From: a bacterium
Lineage (GTDB): Bacteria > Muiribacteriota > UBA6191
Assembly (NCBI GenBank): GCA_036339875.1
Contig: JAYZAC010000050.1
Location: forward strand, 1-30,135
Direction: 5' to 3'
Length of the DNA: 30,135 bases
Shown here: positions 8,938 to 18,640 of the stretch, piece by piece
Layout: each line of letters starts with the position of its first letter
How positions within the stretch are numbered: position 1 is the stretch's first letter
Made by a program: the position numbers and the translations under genes
The notes under the pieces: model-generated
Databases searched by the model: none
What the model was told of the DNA's origin: nothing
What the model saw: only the letters and a program-made list of their open reading frames with translations

Positions 8938-10841
8938 AAGAAGCAGGTTTTTATGTAACAACACCAATTTATTATGCAAATGGAACACCTCATATTGGCC
9001 ATGCATTTACAACTTTACTTGCAGACTCTCTTGCTCGATATCAAAGAATGAAAGGTCGGCCCACACGTTTTACAACGGGAACCGACGAACATGGTCAAAA
9101 AGTACAAGAAATTGCAGCCAAAAATAATCGTACTCCACAAGCTCAAGCTGATGCGATATCAAAAATTTTTCTGACCGCGTGGAAAACATTAGGAATCACT
9201 TATGATGATTTTATAAGAACCACGGAAGATCGTCATAAGAATGTAGTACAACGTCTAATTCAAATACTCATCGAAAAAGGAATTGTATATAAGGGAATTT
9301 ACAGCGGCTGGTATTTAATAAGTGATGAAGACTTCTATCCAGATAGTAGAGTCCGTGAAATAAGTGAAGATCCTGAGAATGATTCAAGACTAGAGAGAGT
9401 TGAAGAAGAAAATTATTTTTTCAAACTATCGGAGTTTACTAAACCACTACTAGAGCATTATTCAAATCATCCGGACTTCGTTCTCCCTCGAAATCGGAAG
9501 AAAGAAATGATTGCGATGTTGGAACAAGGATTAGATGACCTTTCTATAAGTCGTGCCAGCGTCGAATGGGGGATCCCTGTGCCCGGAGATCCTACTCAGG
9601 TAATTTATGTATGGGTCGAAGCCCTTATGAATTATTTAACCTCATCCGGAATTTATCAAGATGAAGCACGCTACAATCTTTATTGGCCTGCCGCCTGTCA
9701 GATTGTTGGAAAAGATATCTTAAAATTTCACGCTATCATTTGGCCTGCTATACTTTTAGCGCTTGATTTACCATTACCTAAAACCATATTGGCACACGGA
9801 TGGATTCTGGTTGGTGGCCAAAAAATGAGTAAGAGTAAAGGTAACAGCCAAGACCCAATGGAATTGAGTAGAAAGTATGGTAATGATGCATTACGATATA
9901 CTCTACTCAGGGAAATTTCTTTGGGACAAGATGGCACGTTTGATGAATCTATTCTAATTAAGCGTTATAACTCGGAATTAGCAAATGATTTGGGTAATTT
10001 AGTCCAACGTACACTCGGTTTCGCTTCTAAAAAACTTCAAGGACCTCTACCTGAAATAAAAGAATTATCCGAGGATGGTCGTATATTTTTCCAGAGTCTG
10101 CAAAAAGAATTAAATGATTATTCAACACTAATGGACGAACTAAAGATATCTCAAGCATTAGACCATCTTCATACCTACCTGCAACTGTGTAATAGATTTG
10201 TAGATAATCAAAAACCGTGGGAACTGGCAAAGATTAACCCAGAACTATTTACAAGATTTATACGTTATATGGCGCAGGCTATTAAGAGTTTTACAATTGC
10301 CAGTAGTCCATTTTTACCGGAATCAGTTGATCGAATTTTAAGTATCCTTGGTGACAAAGAAAATAATAAAGAGATCTTGTGGGATAACACATTTTTTCCT
10401 ACTAAGCTTCCTCCTCTATCATTGACCGAAGTTAAACCTCTATTCCCTAAAATTAAAATTGAAAAAGATCCCGATCATCAATCTAAAAAAAATTCTCCAA
10501 AACAACTATCTAAGAATTCATTGATTACCATAGAGGAATTTAAACGCATCAAATTTGAACTCGTAACCATTCAGAATGCCAAACCCCACCCAGATGCTGA
10601 AAAGTTACTAGTTCTTGAACTATCCACCTCCACTGGCAAAAAGCAAGTAGTCTCGGGTATTGCAAATCATTATACCTGTGAACAATTAATTGGTATGCAA
10701 GTTGTTTTCGTTAAAAATCTTGAGCCTGTTGAACTCAGAGGCGTACTATCTGAGGGAATGATACTTGCCGCTAGTAACAAAAAAGAGCTTAGTCTCATCA
10801 CTGTTGAAAACAAAATTCAAGAAGGTAGCAAGGTATCGTGA
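8934..10841 (+). CDS. metG: Methionine--tRNA ligase (MetRS1 type) with a C-terminal tRNA-binding domain
   Basis: YVTTPIYYANGTPHIGH, GTDEHGQK, GKDILKFH, KMSKS and a C-terminal OB/Trbp111-like domain (HPDAEKL...LRGVLSEGMILAA). Confidence 0.98.
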   Translation: MKEAGFYVTTPIYYANGTPHIGHAFTTLLADSLARYQRMKGRPTRFTTGTDEHGQKVQEIAAKNNRTPQAQADAISKIFLTAWKTLGITYDDFIRTTEDRHKNVVQRLIQILIEKGIVYKGIYSGWYLISDEDFYPDSRVREISEDPENDSRLERVEEENYFFKLSEFTKPLLEHYSNHPDFVLPRNRKKEMIAMLEQGLDDLSISRASVEWGIPVPGDPTQVIYVWVEALMNYLTSSGIYQDEARYNLYWPAACQIVGKDILKFHAIIWPAILLALDLPLPKTILAHGWILVGGQKMSKSKGNSQDPMELSRKYGNDALRYTLLREISLGQDGTFDESILIKRYNSELANDLGNLVQRTLGFASKKLQGPLPEIKELSEDGRIFFQSLQKELNDYSTLMDELKISQALDHLHTYLQLCNRFVDNQKPWELAKINPELFTRFIRYMAQAIKSFTIASSPFLPESVDRILSILGDKENNKEILWDNTFFPTKLPPLSLTEVKPLFPKIKIEKDPDHQSKKNSPKQLSKNSLITIEEFKRIKFELVTIQNAKPHPDAEKLLVLELSTSTGKKQVVSGIANHYTCEQLIGMQVVFVKNLEPVELRGVLSEGMILAASNKKELSLITVENKIQEGSKVS

Positions 10842-11647
10842 TGGATCATATACCCTCGGACTTTCCAAGACTTTTTGACACCCATACTCATCTGAGCGAT
10901 CAAAAATTCGATTCTGATCGCCAAGAGGTCCTAAAGCGTTGCAATGAGTGGCTAGTGGGCTGGATTAATGTGGGTTCCGATCTCAATTCAACTATAAAAA
11001 GTATAGCGATCGCAAACGAGTTCCCCAAAAGTTTTGCATCTAGCGGAATTCATCCTCATGATGCAAGTACTCATAGCTATCAGGAGATTGAAGAAATCAT
11101 CTCATTATATAACGAACCCAATGTCATTGCCGCGGGAGAAATGGGATTAGATTTTTTTTACGACAACTCCCCAAGAGAAACTCAAATTGAAATATTTGAA
11201 CGTCAATTATTAGCTGCCAAAAAAAGTTCTATGCCATGCATTATACATGTTCGTGATGCCTTCGAGGAATTCTTTGAAGTAATACGGAGAGTTGACTACT
11301 GTAATGGCGTTGTACACTGTTTCACTGGAAATATAGAGCAAGCAAAGAAAGTCATTGAATTGGGTTTCTATACTTCATTTGGTGGAATCTTAACTTTCAA
11401 GAATGCAAGCGATGTAAGAGAGTCTATGTTATCTATTCCCCAAGAAAGATTGCTATTAGAAACTGATTGCCCGTATTTAGCTCCTGTTCCAATGCGTGGT
11501 AAAAGAAATGAACCCTGCTATGTAAGCTATGTAGCTTTAAGAGTTGCAGAACTACGCGGGATAGAATTGGGAGAATTACTACACTCTTGCTTCAACAACA
11601 CACTGAAATGTTTTCAATTGGAGTCTATTTTTGAGTTTGATTCTTAA
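10838..11647 (+). CDS. tatD: TatD family hydrolase/DNase
   Basis: FDTHTHL, GIHPH, GEMGLD, IIHVR, VVHCF, LETDCPYLAP, RGKRNEP. Follows metG. Start is GTG 10838 or ATG 10841. Confidence 0.95.
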   Translation: MMDHIPSDFPRLFDTHTHLSDQKFDSDRQEVLKRCNEWLVGWINVGSDLNSTIKSIAIANEFPKSFASSGIHPHDASTHSYQEIEEIISLYNEPNVIAAGEMGLDFFYDNSPRETQIEIFERQLLAAKKSSMPCIIHVRDAFEEFFEVIRRVDYCNGVVHCFTGNIEQAKKVIELGFYTSFGGILTFKNASDVRESMLSIPQERLLLETDCPYLAPVPMRGKRNEPCYVSYVALRVAELRGIELGELLHSCFNNTLKCFQLESIFEFDS

Positions 11648-13178
11648 TATTGGAAGAGTAAATCTTGCAAGCTCTCTTCTATTAGTTACAATTACCCTAG
11701 TAATCCATTCTATATCTTGGAGCAATTCACGCTTACCATGGCGAAATCCAAATCCATCTGCAAGACTAAACCCTAAAGTCGAGAATAATCGCCAACAGGC
11801 TAGAATTAAAGAATGGGATAAAATCGTAAAAACTCATCTTAAAAATAATCAGCCGGAAAAAGCATTAAAATTCCTAAAAGAAACGCTTCGGCTCGACGCC
11901 AGAAATCATTATTCACTAGGTATGACTTCTTACCTACTTCTTACTTATCAAAAAGATTTTGAGGCTGCTAAGAAAATGGCCATAGATGGGCTCAACGATA
12001 ACCCTCAAAGTTTATATTGTCTTCATGCTCTCGCATGGCTTCATTATAAGCAGAAGGAGTATGGATTAGCTCAGCGAGTTATTAGGGAAATCAAACAGCC
12101 TAAATATGCTTGGTTTGAACTCCAATTTCACTCTGCAATGATTCATTGGAAAGCTCACAATCGAAATGTTGCAAGGCAACATTTTTTGCTCGCGCGAAAA
12201 CTGAATCCGTCAAATATACCGCTCTGGATATCTCTTGCTATGTTTATGGAGGAAGAGAACGATAATAATGCAGCCATAAAAGCTTATCAAAAAGCTTTAG
12301 AGTTAACTGACAATGTAGATCCTGTTCGTAACTATTTAATGACAAAAATAGACACTCTCTTGCCTCTGTATGAACCTAGGCAAAAATTATCCGATGACTT
12401 CGTTTCAATTCATGAAAACAAATATTTGAAAACTACTCAAAATCATAAAAAAATCTTAGAAATTAATAAGAAAAAATATAACTCCTCAGAAAAGCTGAAA
12501 GCCGAAAATCTGAACTCTAAAAGTTGGGGAAGGCTTGAAGAAGATAAAAATCCATTCCTTTTTCCACTCAGTGAAGACCTTAGTAAGTTCCAAAAGAAAA
12601 CCAAAGATCTCGAACAACTAAGTCTTGAACAACATTACCAACTTGGAAAAGAACTACTCGAAATCGGTATTCGCGAAGAAGCAATTTCTCAATTTGAGAC
12701 GGTAATTAATCTTTGGAGCAATAGTGAATACACTCTTGCTGCTAATACTGCCCTCAAGGACGCTAAAAACTTAGGCTTTCAAACTTATGATTTACGAATC
12801 GAAAAACTTTTCAACTATGGGACATCCCTTTTCGATCAAAAAAGATTCAAAGAATGTCTACATATTCAGCGTAAAATTCTATTAATCCAACCAAAAAATT
12901 TAACAGCACTAAAAAATACTGCCTTTCTTTACTTGAAATTCAAGAGACCAATTACCGCACTAAAGCTATTAGACAAAGCTCTGACTGTAAAGCCAAACTA
13001 TTCAGAAGCACTTGTGCTTAAAGCATACGGACTAGCAAGTTTAAGAAGGTTTACAAATGCAGCTGATATTATTTCTGAGGTTATGAAAAATTCGAACACA
13101 GGCTTTCATAAGGATTATGCTCAAGAACTTCAAAGAACAATTAACAGGTATCAAAAACCCTTCGATCAATTAAAATAA
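11631..13178 (+). CDS. Exported or membrane-anchored TPR protein
   Basis: TTG start with GGAG 7 nt upstream, a hydrophobic N-terminal segment, and two TPR blocks separated by a Lys-rich linker. Confidence 0.8.
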   Translation: MSLILNIGRVNLASSLLLVTITLVIHSISWSNSRLPWRNPNPSARLNPKVENNRQQARIKEWDKIVKTHLKNNQPEKALKFLKETLRLDARNHYSLGMTSYLLLTYQKDFEAAKKMAIDGLNDNPQSLYCLHALAWLHYKQKEYGLAQRVIREIKQPKYAWFELQFHSAMIHWKAHNRNVARQHFLLARKLNPSNIPLWISLAMFMEEENDNNAAIKAYQKALELTDNVDPVRNYLMTKIDTLLPLYEPRQKLSDDFVSIHENKYLKTTQNHKKILEINKKKYNSSEKLKAENLNSKSWGRLEEDKNPFLFPLSEDLSKFQKKTKDLEQLSLEQHYQLGKELLEIGIREEAISQFETVINLWSNSEYTLAANTALKDAKNLGFQTYDLRIEKLFNYGTSLFDQKRFKECLHIQRKILLIQPKNLTALKNTAFLYLKFKRPITALKLLDKALTVKPNYSEALVLKAYGLASLRRFTNAADIISEVMKNSNTGFHKDYAQELQRTINRYQKPFDQLK

Positions 13179-13182
13179 ATGA

Positions 13183-13929
13183 ATGAATGCTTTTGATTCT
13201 TGTAAACTATATCGCTTTGATACGGGCCGTCAGATTTTTGAAACCGTAATTTATCAAAATGGTTATGTACACTGGCTAAGTTTGCCATCCATAGATATTA
13301 GCGGCAGATCTTTGAATGGAAATGATAGAGATATCTACCGAAGTTTGCGCTCCGTTTTCCCAAAGTTAAAATTTACAAGCGCAGAGCAAGTTCACTCTAA
13401 CAAAGTCTCTAATGCAAACTCACAATCAGAATTTGAAAAAAAAAAGAAATGCGATGGCTTGGTAACTGCAGATTTTGATAAGGCCTTGATCATAAGGACA
13501 GCAGACTGTATTCCTGTGTTCATTTTTAATCAACAACAGGTGGGGCTTTTACATGCAGGTCACAAAGGTATTCAAGCCAATATTCTGGAAAAATGGAATC
13601 TATATTCACTTGATCAACCTAGCTATCTGGTTGTAGGTGATCACATAAAATCTTGTTGCTTCAAAGTTCACCGAGATGTTGAGATGAAATTTAGCAATTT
13701 ACCTTATGCTAATAATGATAGCATAGTAAAAATTAATGATAGCCAATGGTGTGTTTCACTGGTAAAAATACTTTACAACCAGTGGCATAGACTGGAACGC
13801 ACACCTGAACACTTCTTTGACTTCTCTAATTGCACCTGTTGTAATAAAAATCTTTATTCTTACAGACGATCGGGGGAATCTTTAAAAGAGCGAACTGGTC
13901 ACGTAATTTTTAGAACTAGGGTAGATTAA
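13183..13929 (+). CDS. pgeF: PgeF/YfiH (laccase-domain, purine nucleoside phosphorylase-like) family protein
   Basis: QVHSN, CDGLVT, TADCIPV, LHAGHKG, IKSCCFKV and CTCC...YSYRR. Confidence 0.88.
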   Translation: MNAFDSCKLYRFDTGRQIFETVIYQNGYVHWLSLPSIDISGRSLNGNDRDIYRSLRSVFPKLKFTSAEQVHSNKVSNANSQSEFEKKKKCDGLVTADFDKALIIRTADCIPVFIFNQQQVGLLHAGHKGIQANILEKWNLYSLDQPSYLVVGDHIKSCCFKVHRDVEMKFSNLPYANNDSIVKINDSQWCVSLVKILYNQWHRLERTPEHFFDFSNCTCCNKNLYSYRRSGESLKERTGHVIFRTRVD

Positions 13930-14654
13930 TGAGACTTGGATTAAACATAGACCACATTGCAACTTTAAGAGAAGCGAGAAAAACTACCGAGCCTGATTTA
14001 CTTCAAGCAGCTTTGATAGCTGAAAAATTAGGGGTAGACCAAATCACTGTTCATTTAAGGTCTGACCGACGTCATATTCAAGACATTGATCTACAAGTCT
14101 TGAAAGCTAACATAAAGATTCCTTTTAATATTGAAATGTCTCTCACTACAGAAATGCGTGAAATAGCAGCCAAAATTAAACCAGACAAATTAACCTTGGT
14201 ACCCGAGAGAATTAATGAAATCACCACGGAAGGTGGTCTGGACGTTATAAGCAATCGACAAACCATTGAGCGATTCAAGGACTACTTAAGTGCAGCATCT
14301 GAAAATACATTAATCGCGATCTTTGTCGATCCAAGTAAAGAGCAAATTGATGCATGCAAGGAACTCGGAATAGAAGAAATTGAAATAAATACTGGTCAAT
14401 ACGCAGAAGCTAACAACACAAAAGATATAAAATTCGAGATTGAGCGTATAAAATATGCCTCTAAAACAGCCTCGAAGCTAGGTATCGAGGTAGCAGCAGG
14501 CCATGGCCTCAATGAGTCAAATCTACCGGCTATACTACAGATAGAAGAGATTAAAGAACTTAATATCGGACACCACATCATTGCTGATTCAATATTCCTT
14601 GGCTTGAATGTCAAAATTGAACGGATACTCAAACTTCTCAAACCCGCGAAATGA
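13929..14654 (+). CDS. pdxJ: Pyridoxine 5'-phosphate synthase
   Basis: LGLNIDHIATLREAR, TVHLRSDRRHIQ, TLVPE..EITTEGG, AGHGLN, ELNIGH. TAATG overlap with pgeF. Confidence 0.96.
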   Translation: MRLGLNIDHIATLREARKTTEPDLLQAALIAEKLGVDQITVHLRSDRRHIQDIDLQVLKANIKIPFNIEMSLTTEMREIAAKIKPDKLTLVPERINEITTEGGLDVISNRQTIERFKDYLSAASENTLIAIFVDPSKEQIDACKELGIEEIEINTGQYAEANNTKDIKFEIERIKYASKTASKLGIEVAAGHGLNESNLPAILQIEEIKELNIGHHIIADSIFLGLNVKIERILKLLKPAK

Positions 14655-16096
14655 TCACAGAGATAGAAATATTGATCCAGAACTTACGAAGCAATGACTC
14701 TGAGATTCGAATGTTGGCCCTAGATACTTTATCTAGGTATAAATTTCAAATTAACATTCACTCAGAATATATTCTTCAAATTCAAGAAATCCTTATAGGA
14801 TTCGGACGAGCTAAAGATGAAGAGTCTCAGAGTCTCATCGAGGCCGCCATAGACAATCTTAAAAGTCAGATAATTGAACAAAATTCACAATCTAACAATT
14901 TCGAAAGTAGTATTTCTGCGGAAATCAATCTAAAAGATTTAGAGCATTCGAACCCCAAATTCCGTAAACAATGTTTAGTTCAAGTTATTAACCATGACAT
15001 AAAAGAAGCTTATGATGGCGTTCTTGATATGCTAGTGAATGAGGAAGAAGTACAGGTATTAGATTTGGCAATCAAGGCACTATCAATAATAGCAGAGCCA
15101 AAGATTTCTAAATTGTTACAAGTCTTCGTATATCATCCCGAATTAGACGTAAGCAAGAGTGCCAAAATTGCAATTTGTGAGCTAGGAGATTACAAGGATA
15201 TAATTGATTTTATTCTTCCTTCAATCGATCTATCTGATGTGGAGGAAATTAATAACATTACAGATACGTTATCAAAATATAACCCAGAGGATATTTTTTT
15301 TCACATCAAAAACAAACTTCAAGATCCGCTAGAACATCGCAGATTATTAGCTTTGAAAGTTTTGAGTAAAATTGAAGGCGATAAAGCAATTAAATTGATA
15401 AATATCTCAGCAAATGACAAATCCCCAAAGATTAAGTCTCTTGCTATATCTGCTTTGATCGGTCGAGCACAGACTGGAGAGATAGTCCCAATACTAAATC
15501 GTTTAGTTCAAGATACAGATATTGAAGTATCAGAAGTTGCTCTGCAACACTTAAACAATTACTCAGATCAACCTTCCGTGCAGCGTATTAAATTATCTAT
15601 GCCAAAAAACCACTCGTCAGAAAAATCTAAAACAATAACAAAAGACCCTGTGGATGAAACAACCATTTTGACTAACACCAGGAATATTGAATTTAAAGAC
15701 CCTTCTAGCGTTGATGATCAAATAGAAGTAGAATTCTTAGGTTTAGGTAAACGTTTTTATCATCAAATCTCATCGGGCGAAATAAGTCAGGAAGAGCTCT
15801 CGACCAACTTTGCTGTTGTACAGAAGGCAATAAACAGATTAGATCAACTAGAGCAAATGAAGCAAAATGCAAATTTAGTAAAGTCTATTAAAAATGCCAT
15901 CGGTGGAAACTTAAACCATAAATTGACTTTGCAGAATGCAAAAATTGCTCTGGAAGAAGCATATATCGATCTCGGCGAAACTGGATTTGGTCTGATCTCT
16001 ACAAGCATAATATCGACTAGAGGCGTTGAACCATCTGTTAAAAAATTAAACGAACTATTCAACCTTCGCAAGGAACTGTCAAAAATAAATAGTTAA
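14651..16096 (+). CDS. HEAT-repeat protein A with a C-terminal helical domain
   Basis: Repeated L.D...xVR..A...L units (LRSNDSEIRMLAL; NDKSPKIKSLAISAL; QDTDIEVSEVALQHL). No signal peptide. ATGA-coupled to pdxJ. Confidence 0.8.
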   Translation: MITEIEILIQNLRSNDSEIRMLALDTLSRYKFQINIHSEYILQIQEILIGFGRAKDEESQSLIEAAIDNLKSQIIEQNSQSNNFESSISAEINLKDLEHSNPKFRKQCLVQVINHDIKEAYDGVLDMLVNEEEVQVLDLAIKALSIIAEPKISKLLQVFVYHPELDVSKSAKIAICELGDYKDIIDFILPSIDLSDVEEINNITDTLSKYNPEDIFFHIKNKLQDPLEHRRLLALKVLSKIEGDKAIKLINISANDKSPKIKSLAISALIGRAQTGEIVPILNRLVQDTDIEVSEVALQHLNNYSDQPSVQRIKLSMPKNHSSEKSKTITKDPVDETTILTNTRNIEFKDPSSVDDQIEVEFLGLGKRFYHQISSGEISQEELSTNFAVVQKAINRLDQLEQMKQNANLVKSIKNAIGGNLNHKLTLQNAKIALEEAYIDLGETGFGLISTSIISTRGVEPSVKKLNELFNLRKELSKINS

Positions 16097-16140
16097 ACAC
16101 TAGTAACTTTTTACAAACAAAATTTTTAGGATATGCGCAC

Positions 16141-17013
16141 ATGAGTTTATTCTTTTCTGAATTGGCACTCGAATTAGATTCTGCCGATCAAGAGTTAGTC
16201 AAGATTACGTTAGTAAAACTAAGTAGAATAACTCCTCCTCTGATCGAAGACAAAGAATCATATTATCTTGTTAATCGCAGTTTACGAGATATTAGTTTGT
16301 CCACACAGCAGCAATTTATTGATCTCGCAATTCTTGTTCGGGATAAATTAGATGGTATTTTTCCATTGGGAAAATTTTCAAGCCTGGAAAAATTGCATGA
16401 GTGCTTGGAGATATTAGGTTCAGAATCGAGTAGTACGGACGAAATATACCAAGCACTTATAACTTTATCAGAATACTCACAAATTGAAGATTTAAGTAGA
16501 TATAAATCTTTTTTAATGAATGAAAATCCATTGATTCGCTGTGCAGTTTTAGAGGTATATCAATATCACTCTAAATTAGAAAATCTCTCTGATATTGTGC
16601 ACATGTTACATGACTCTAATTTTAGGGTTAAGAAGTTTGCTACTCGTGTGTTGAATCGATTCGGACAGAGATCATTAATTAATTGTTTACAAAAAATGAT
16701 CGACTCGAATAAGGAGGAGGCCAAAATATCAGCAATTCATTGCATGGCCAATTTAAAGACTAATGTAGAAATCGTTAAAATCCTTGAAAAGTGTAGTTTA
16801 CCTGGTTCAGACAAAGTTAGATCCGAAGCTATTCGAGCATTGGGGAGCCATAACTGTGAGGAAACGATTAAACTTCTGAGATATCTGCAAAATGATATGA
16901 GTATTGAAATTTGTGAACTTGCTCATTCCGCCTTAAATAAAGTGGAACATTCTTCTATCAGTGGAATTCAAATAAGAGAACAAGTATCGATACCAGTACA
17001 AAAAGATAGTTAA
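16141..17013 (+). CDS. HEAT-repeat protein B
   Basis: NENPLIRCAVLEV, LHDSNFRVKKFA, SDKVRSEAIRALG, NDMSIEICELAHSAL. AGGA upstream of the start. Confidence 0.82.
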   Translation: MSLFFSELALELDSADQELVKITLVKLSRITPPLIEDKESYYLVNRSLRDISLSTQQQFIDLAILVRDKLDGIFPLGKFSSLEKLHECLEILGSESSSTDEIYQALITLSEYSQIEDLSRYKSFLMNENPLIRCAVLEVYQYHSKLENLSDIVHMLHDSNFRVKKFATRVLNRFGQRSLINCLQKMIDSNKEEAKISAIHCMANLKTNVEIVKILEKCSLPGSDKVRSEAIRALGSHNCEETIKLLRYLQNDMSIEICELAHSALNKVEHSSISGIQIREQVSIPVQKDS

Positions 17014-17030
17014 GATAATGAGTTTAAGAA

Positions 17031-18638
17031 ATGTGTAAGCGCAAGATCCGAAAAATCGTTAAAGATCTTCAAAGTAATAAGGAAAAAACAATCATTCTTG
17101 CCTTGATGTATATCCCCAGACTAAGAATCGATGAATATCATCAAGAAGAAGATCTTAATGAATTAAAAACTCTTCTAACTGAATTCCAATCATCTTCAAA
17201 TCCAGATATTTCATACCTATCTGCGAAAGCTAGAAATTTCCTTTCTATGAAACATCACAATGATCAATTAAAAGTTAATTCTCGAGAAAACTCTGACTCT
17301 ATAAATCCTGTCATGGAAAATGATACGGGCGGAAAAAGCTCTCAACGAATTACCAATGTTTCTGCAGACACAGTTGATTCTAAAAATTTTACTAATTTCT
17401 TGAGTCATTCTGATGAAAGACTGAGAGCCAAAGCTGTAGAGATATGTACACGAACTTTGCCTAGCTATGAACTACCTAAATATTTAAATCCACTACTGAC
17501 TGATATCAATAACCGAGTTAGAGCAAACGTAATAGTAGCACTCAAAAACACCAAGCCTGAGATACTTAGTGAGTATATACGTAATATGCTTCACAGTCCT
17601 CAAATAGGCATGAGAGAGTCTGCTATTTGGGCTATTTCAAAGCTTGAATCTAATCAAGCTTATCTTAAGCTTTTAATAAATACTCTACACGATCCTTATA
17701 GAGATATTCGAGTTAGGACCATTGAAGTTTTAAAGAATTATCAATGCAACGAAGTAGCTACCCAAATGAAAAGACTTTCTACCGACTCAGACTCACTAAT
17801 AAGTCAGAAAGCACAAGAAAATCTCAGCTTTTTTAATCAAAATACAACTGATTTCACCGTTGACACAAGTTCAACAAAACCGGAATTAATTGAATCAAGC
17901 GAAAAGGATTTCGTTAAAGTCAATGATGACTCTGGAGACTCAATAACGATAAAATCGAATTTTTTAGATTTATCTGAACCGTGTTTGAATTCTGAGATTC
18001 CAAATAAGTACTTGATAAATAAAGACTTTGTTAAGACCAATAGGATTACTAGAAAAATAGTCCTACATCAAAAAATTGAGTCGCTAGATGTCGAAGAATT
18101 TTTTGATGAAATTAATCCAACTGACGAAGTGAAAATTAATAGTAATCTCATGATCGATCATAAAAACTTATCACCGTCACCCTCAGAAATTCTCTCTTGG
18201 ATGCCAAAAGAGTATCAACCCGATAAATATAAAAACACTTTAAGCAGTAGACTAGAAAATCAAAATCATGCAGATACAATCTATGAAGCTGATCTTCTTC
18301 GTAAAAAGATTAATGGATTGCTTATTGAAGTTGGTCATTTAGAATTCAATCGCCGCAATAAATCGAAACTACCAAATACAAACTTAAATGTCATGATAGA
18401 CAAAATCATTTTTATTATTCAAAAAATAGAGAGAGTTCATAATAATCCAAAATTACAGAACGACAAAAAAAAGAGAATGATTAGGAAACTTAAACAGCAC
18501 TCAAAAGAAGCTTTTATTTTGTTAGGTAGAACCACGATTAGAAATCATAATCGGATTAAATACAAATGTGAGGATCTAATCCGTTATCAGAGAAAGCTTC
18601 AAAAATTAATAGACCGTTTAACAAAAATTAATTCGTAG
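17031..18638 (+). CDS. HEAT-repeat protein C with a low-complexity linker and a basic C-terminal helical domain
   Basis: HSDERLRAKAVE, TDINNRVRANVIVAL, MRESAIWAI, HDPYRDIRVRTIEVL, TDSDSLISQKAQE. Confidence 0.82.
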   Translation: MCKRKIRKIVKDLQSNKEKTIILALMYIPRLRIDEYHQEEDLNELKTLLTEFQSSSNPDISYLSAKARNFLSMKHHNDQLKVNSRENSDSINPVMENDTGGKSSQRITNVSADTVDSKNFTNFLSHSDERLRAKAVEICTRTLPSYELPKYLNPLLTDINNRVRANVIVALKNTKPEILSEYIRNMLHSPQIGMRESAIWAISKLESNQAYLKLLINTLHDPYRDIRVRTIEVLKNYQCNEVATQMKRLSTDSDSLISQKAQENLSFFNQNTTDFTVDTSSTKPELIESSEKDFVKVNDDSGDSITIKSNFLDLSEPCLNSEIPNKYLINKDFVKTNRITRKIVLHQKIESLDVEEFFDEINPTDEVKINSNLMIDHKNLSPSPSEILSWMPKEYQPDKYKNTLSSRLENQNHADTIYEADLLRKKINGLLIEVGHLEFNRRNKSKLPNTNLNVMIDKIIFIIQKIERVHNNPKLQNDKKKRMIRKLKQHSKEAFILLGRTTIRNHNRIKYKCEDLIRYQRKLQKLIDRLTKINS

Positions 18639-18640
18639 CC

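Noticed and set aside
13183..14654. Motif variants in PgeF (HAGHKG for HAGWRG) and PdxJ (HLRSDRRH, EINTG) as signs of pseudogenes
   Set aside because: Both ORFs are full length and coupled to neighbours, and the main catalytic residues are retained.
16103..16130. GTAACTTTT upstream of HEAT protein B as an ECF -35
   Set aside because: No matching -10 element at the expected distance.
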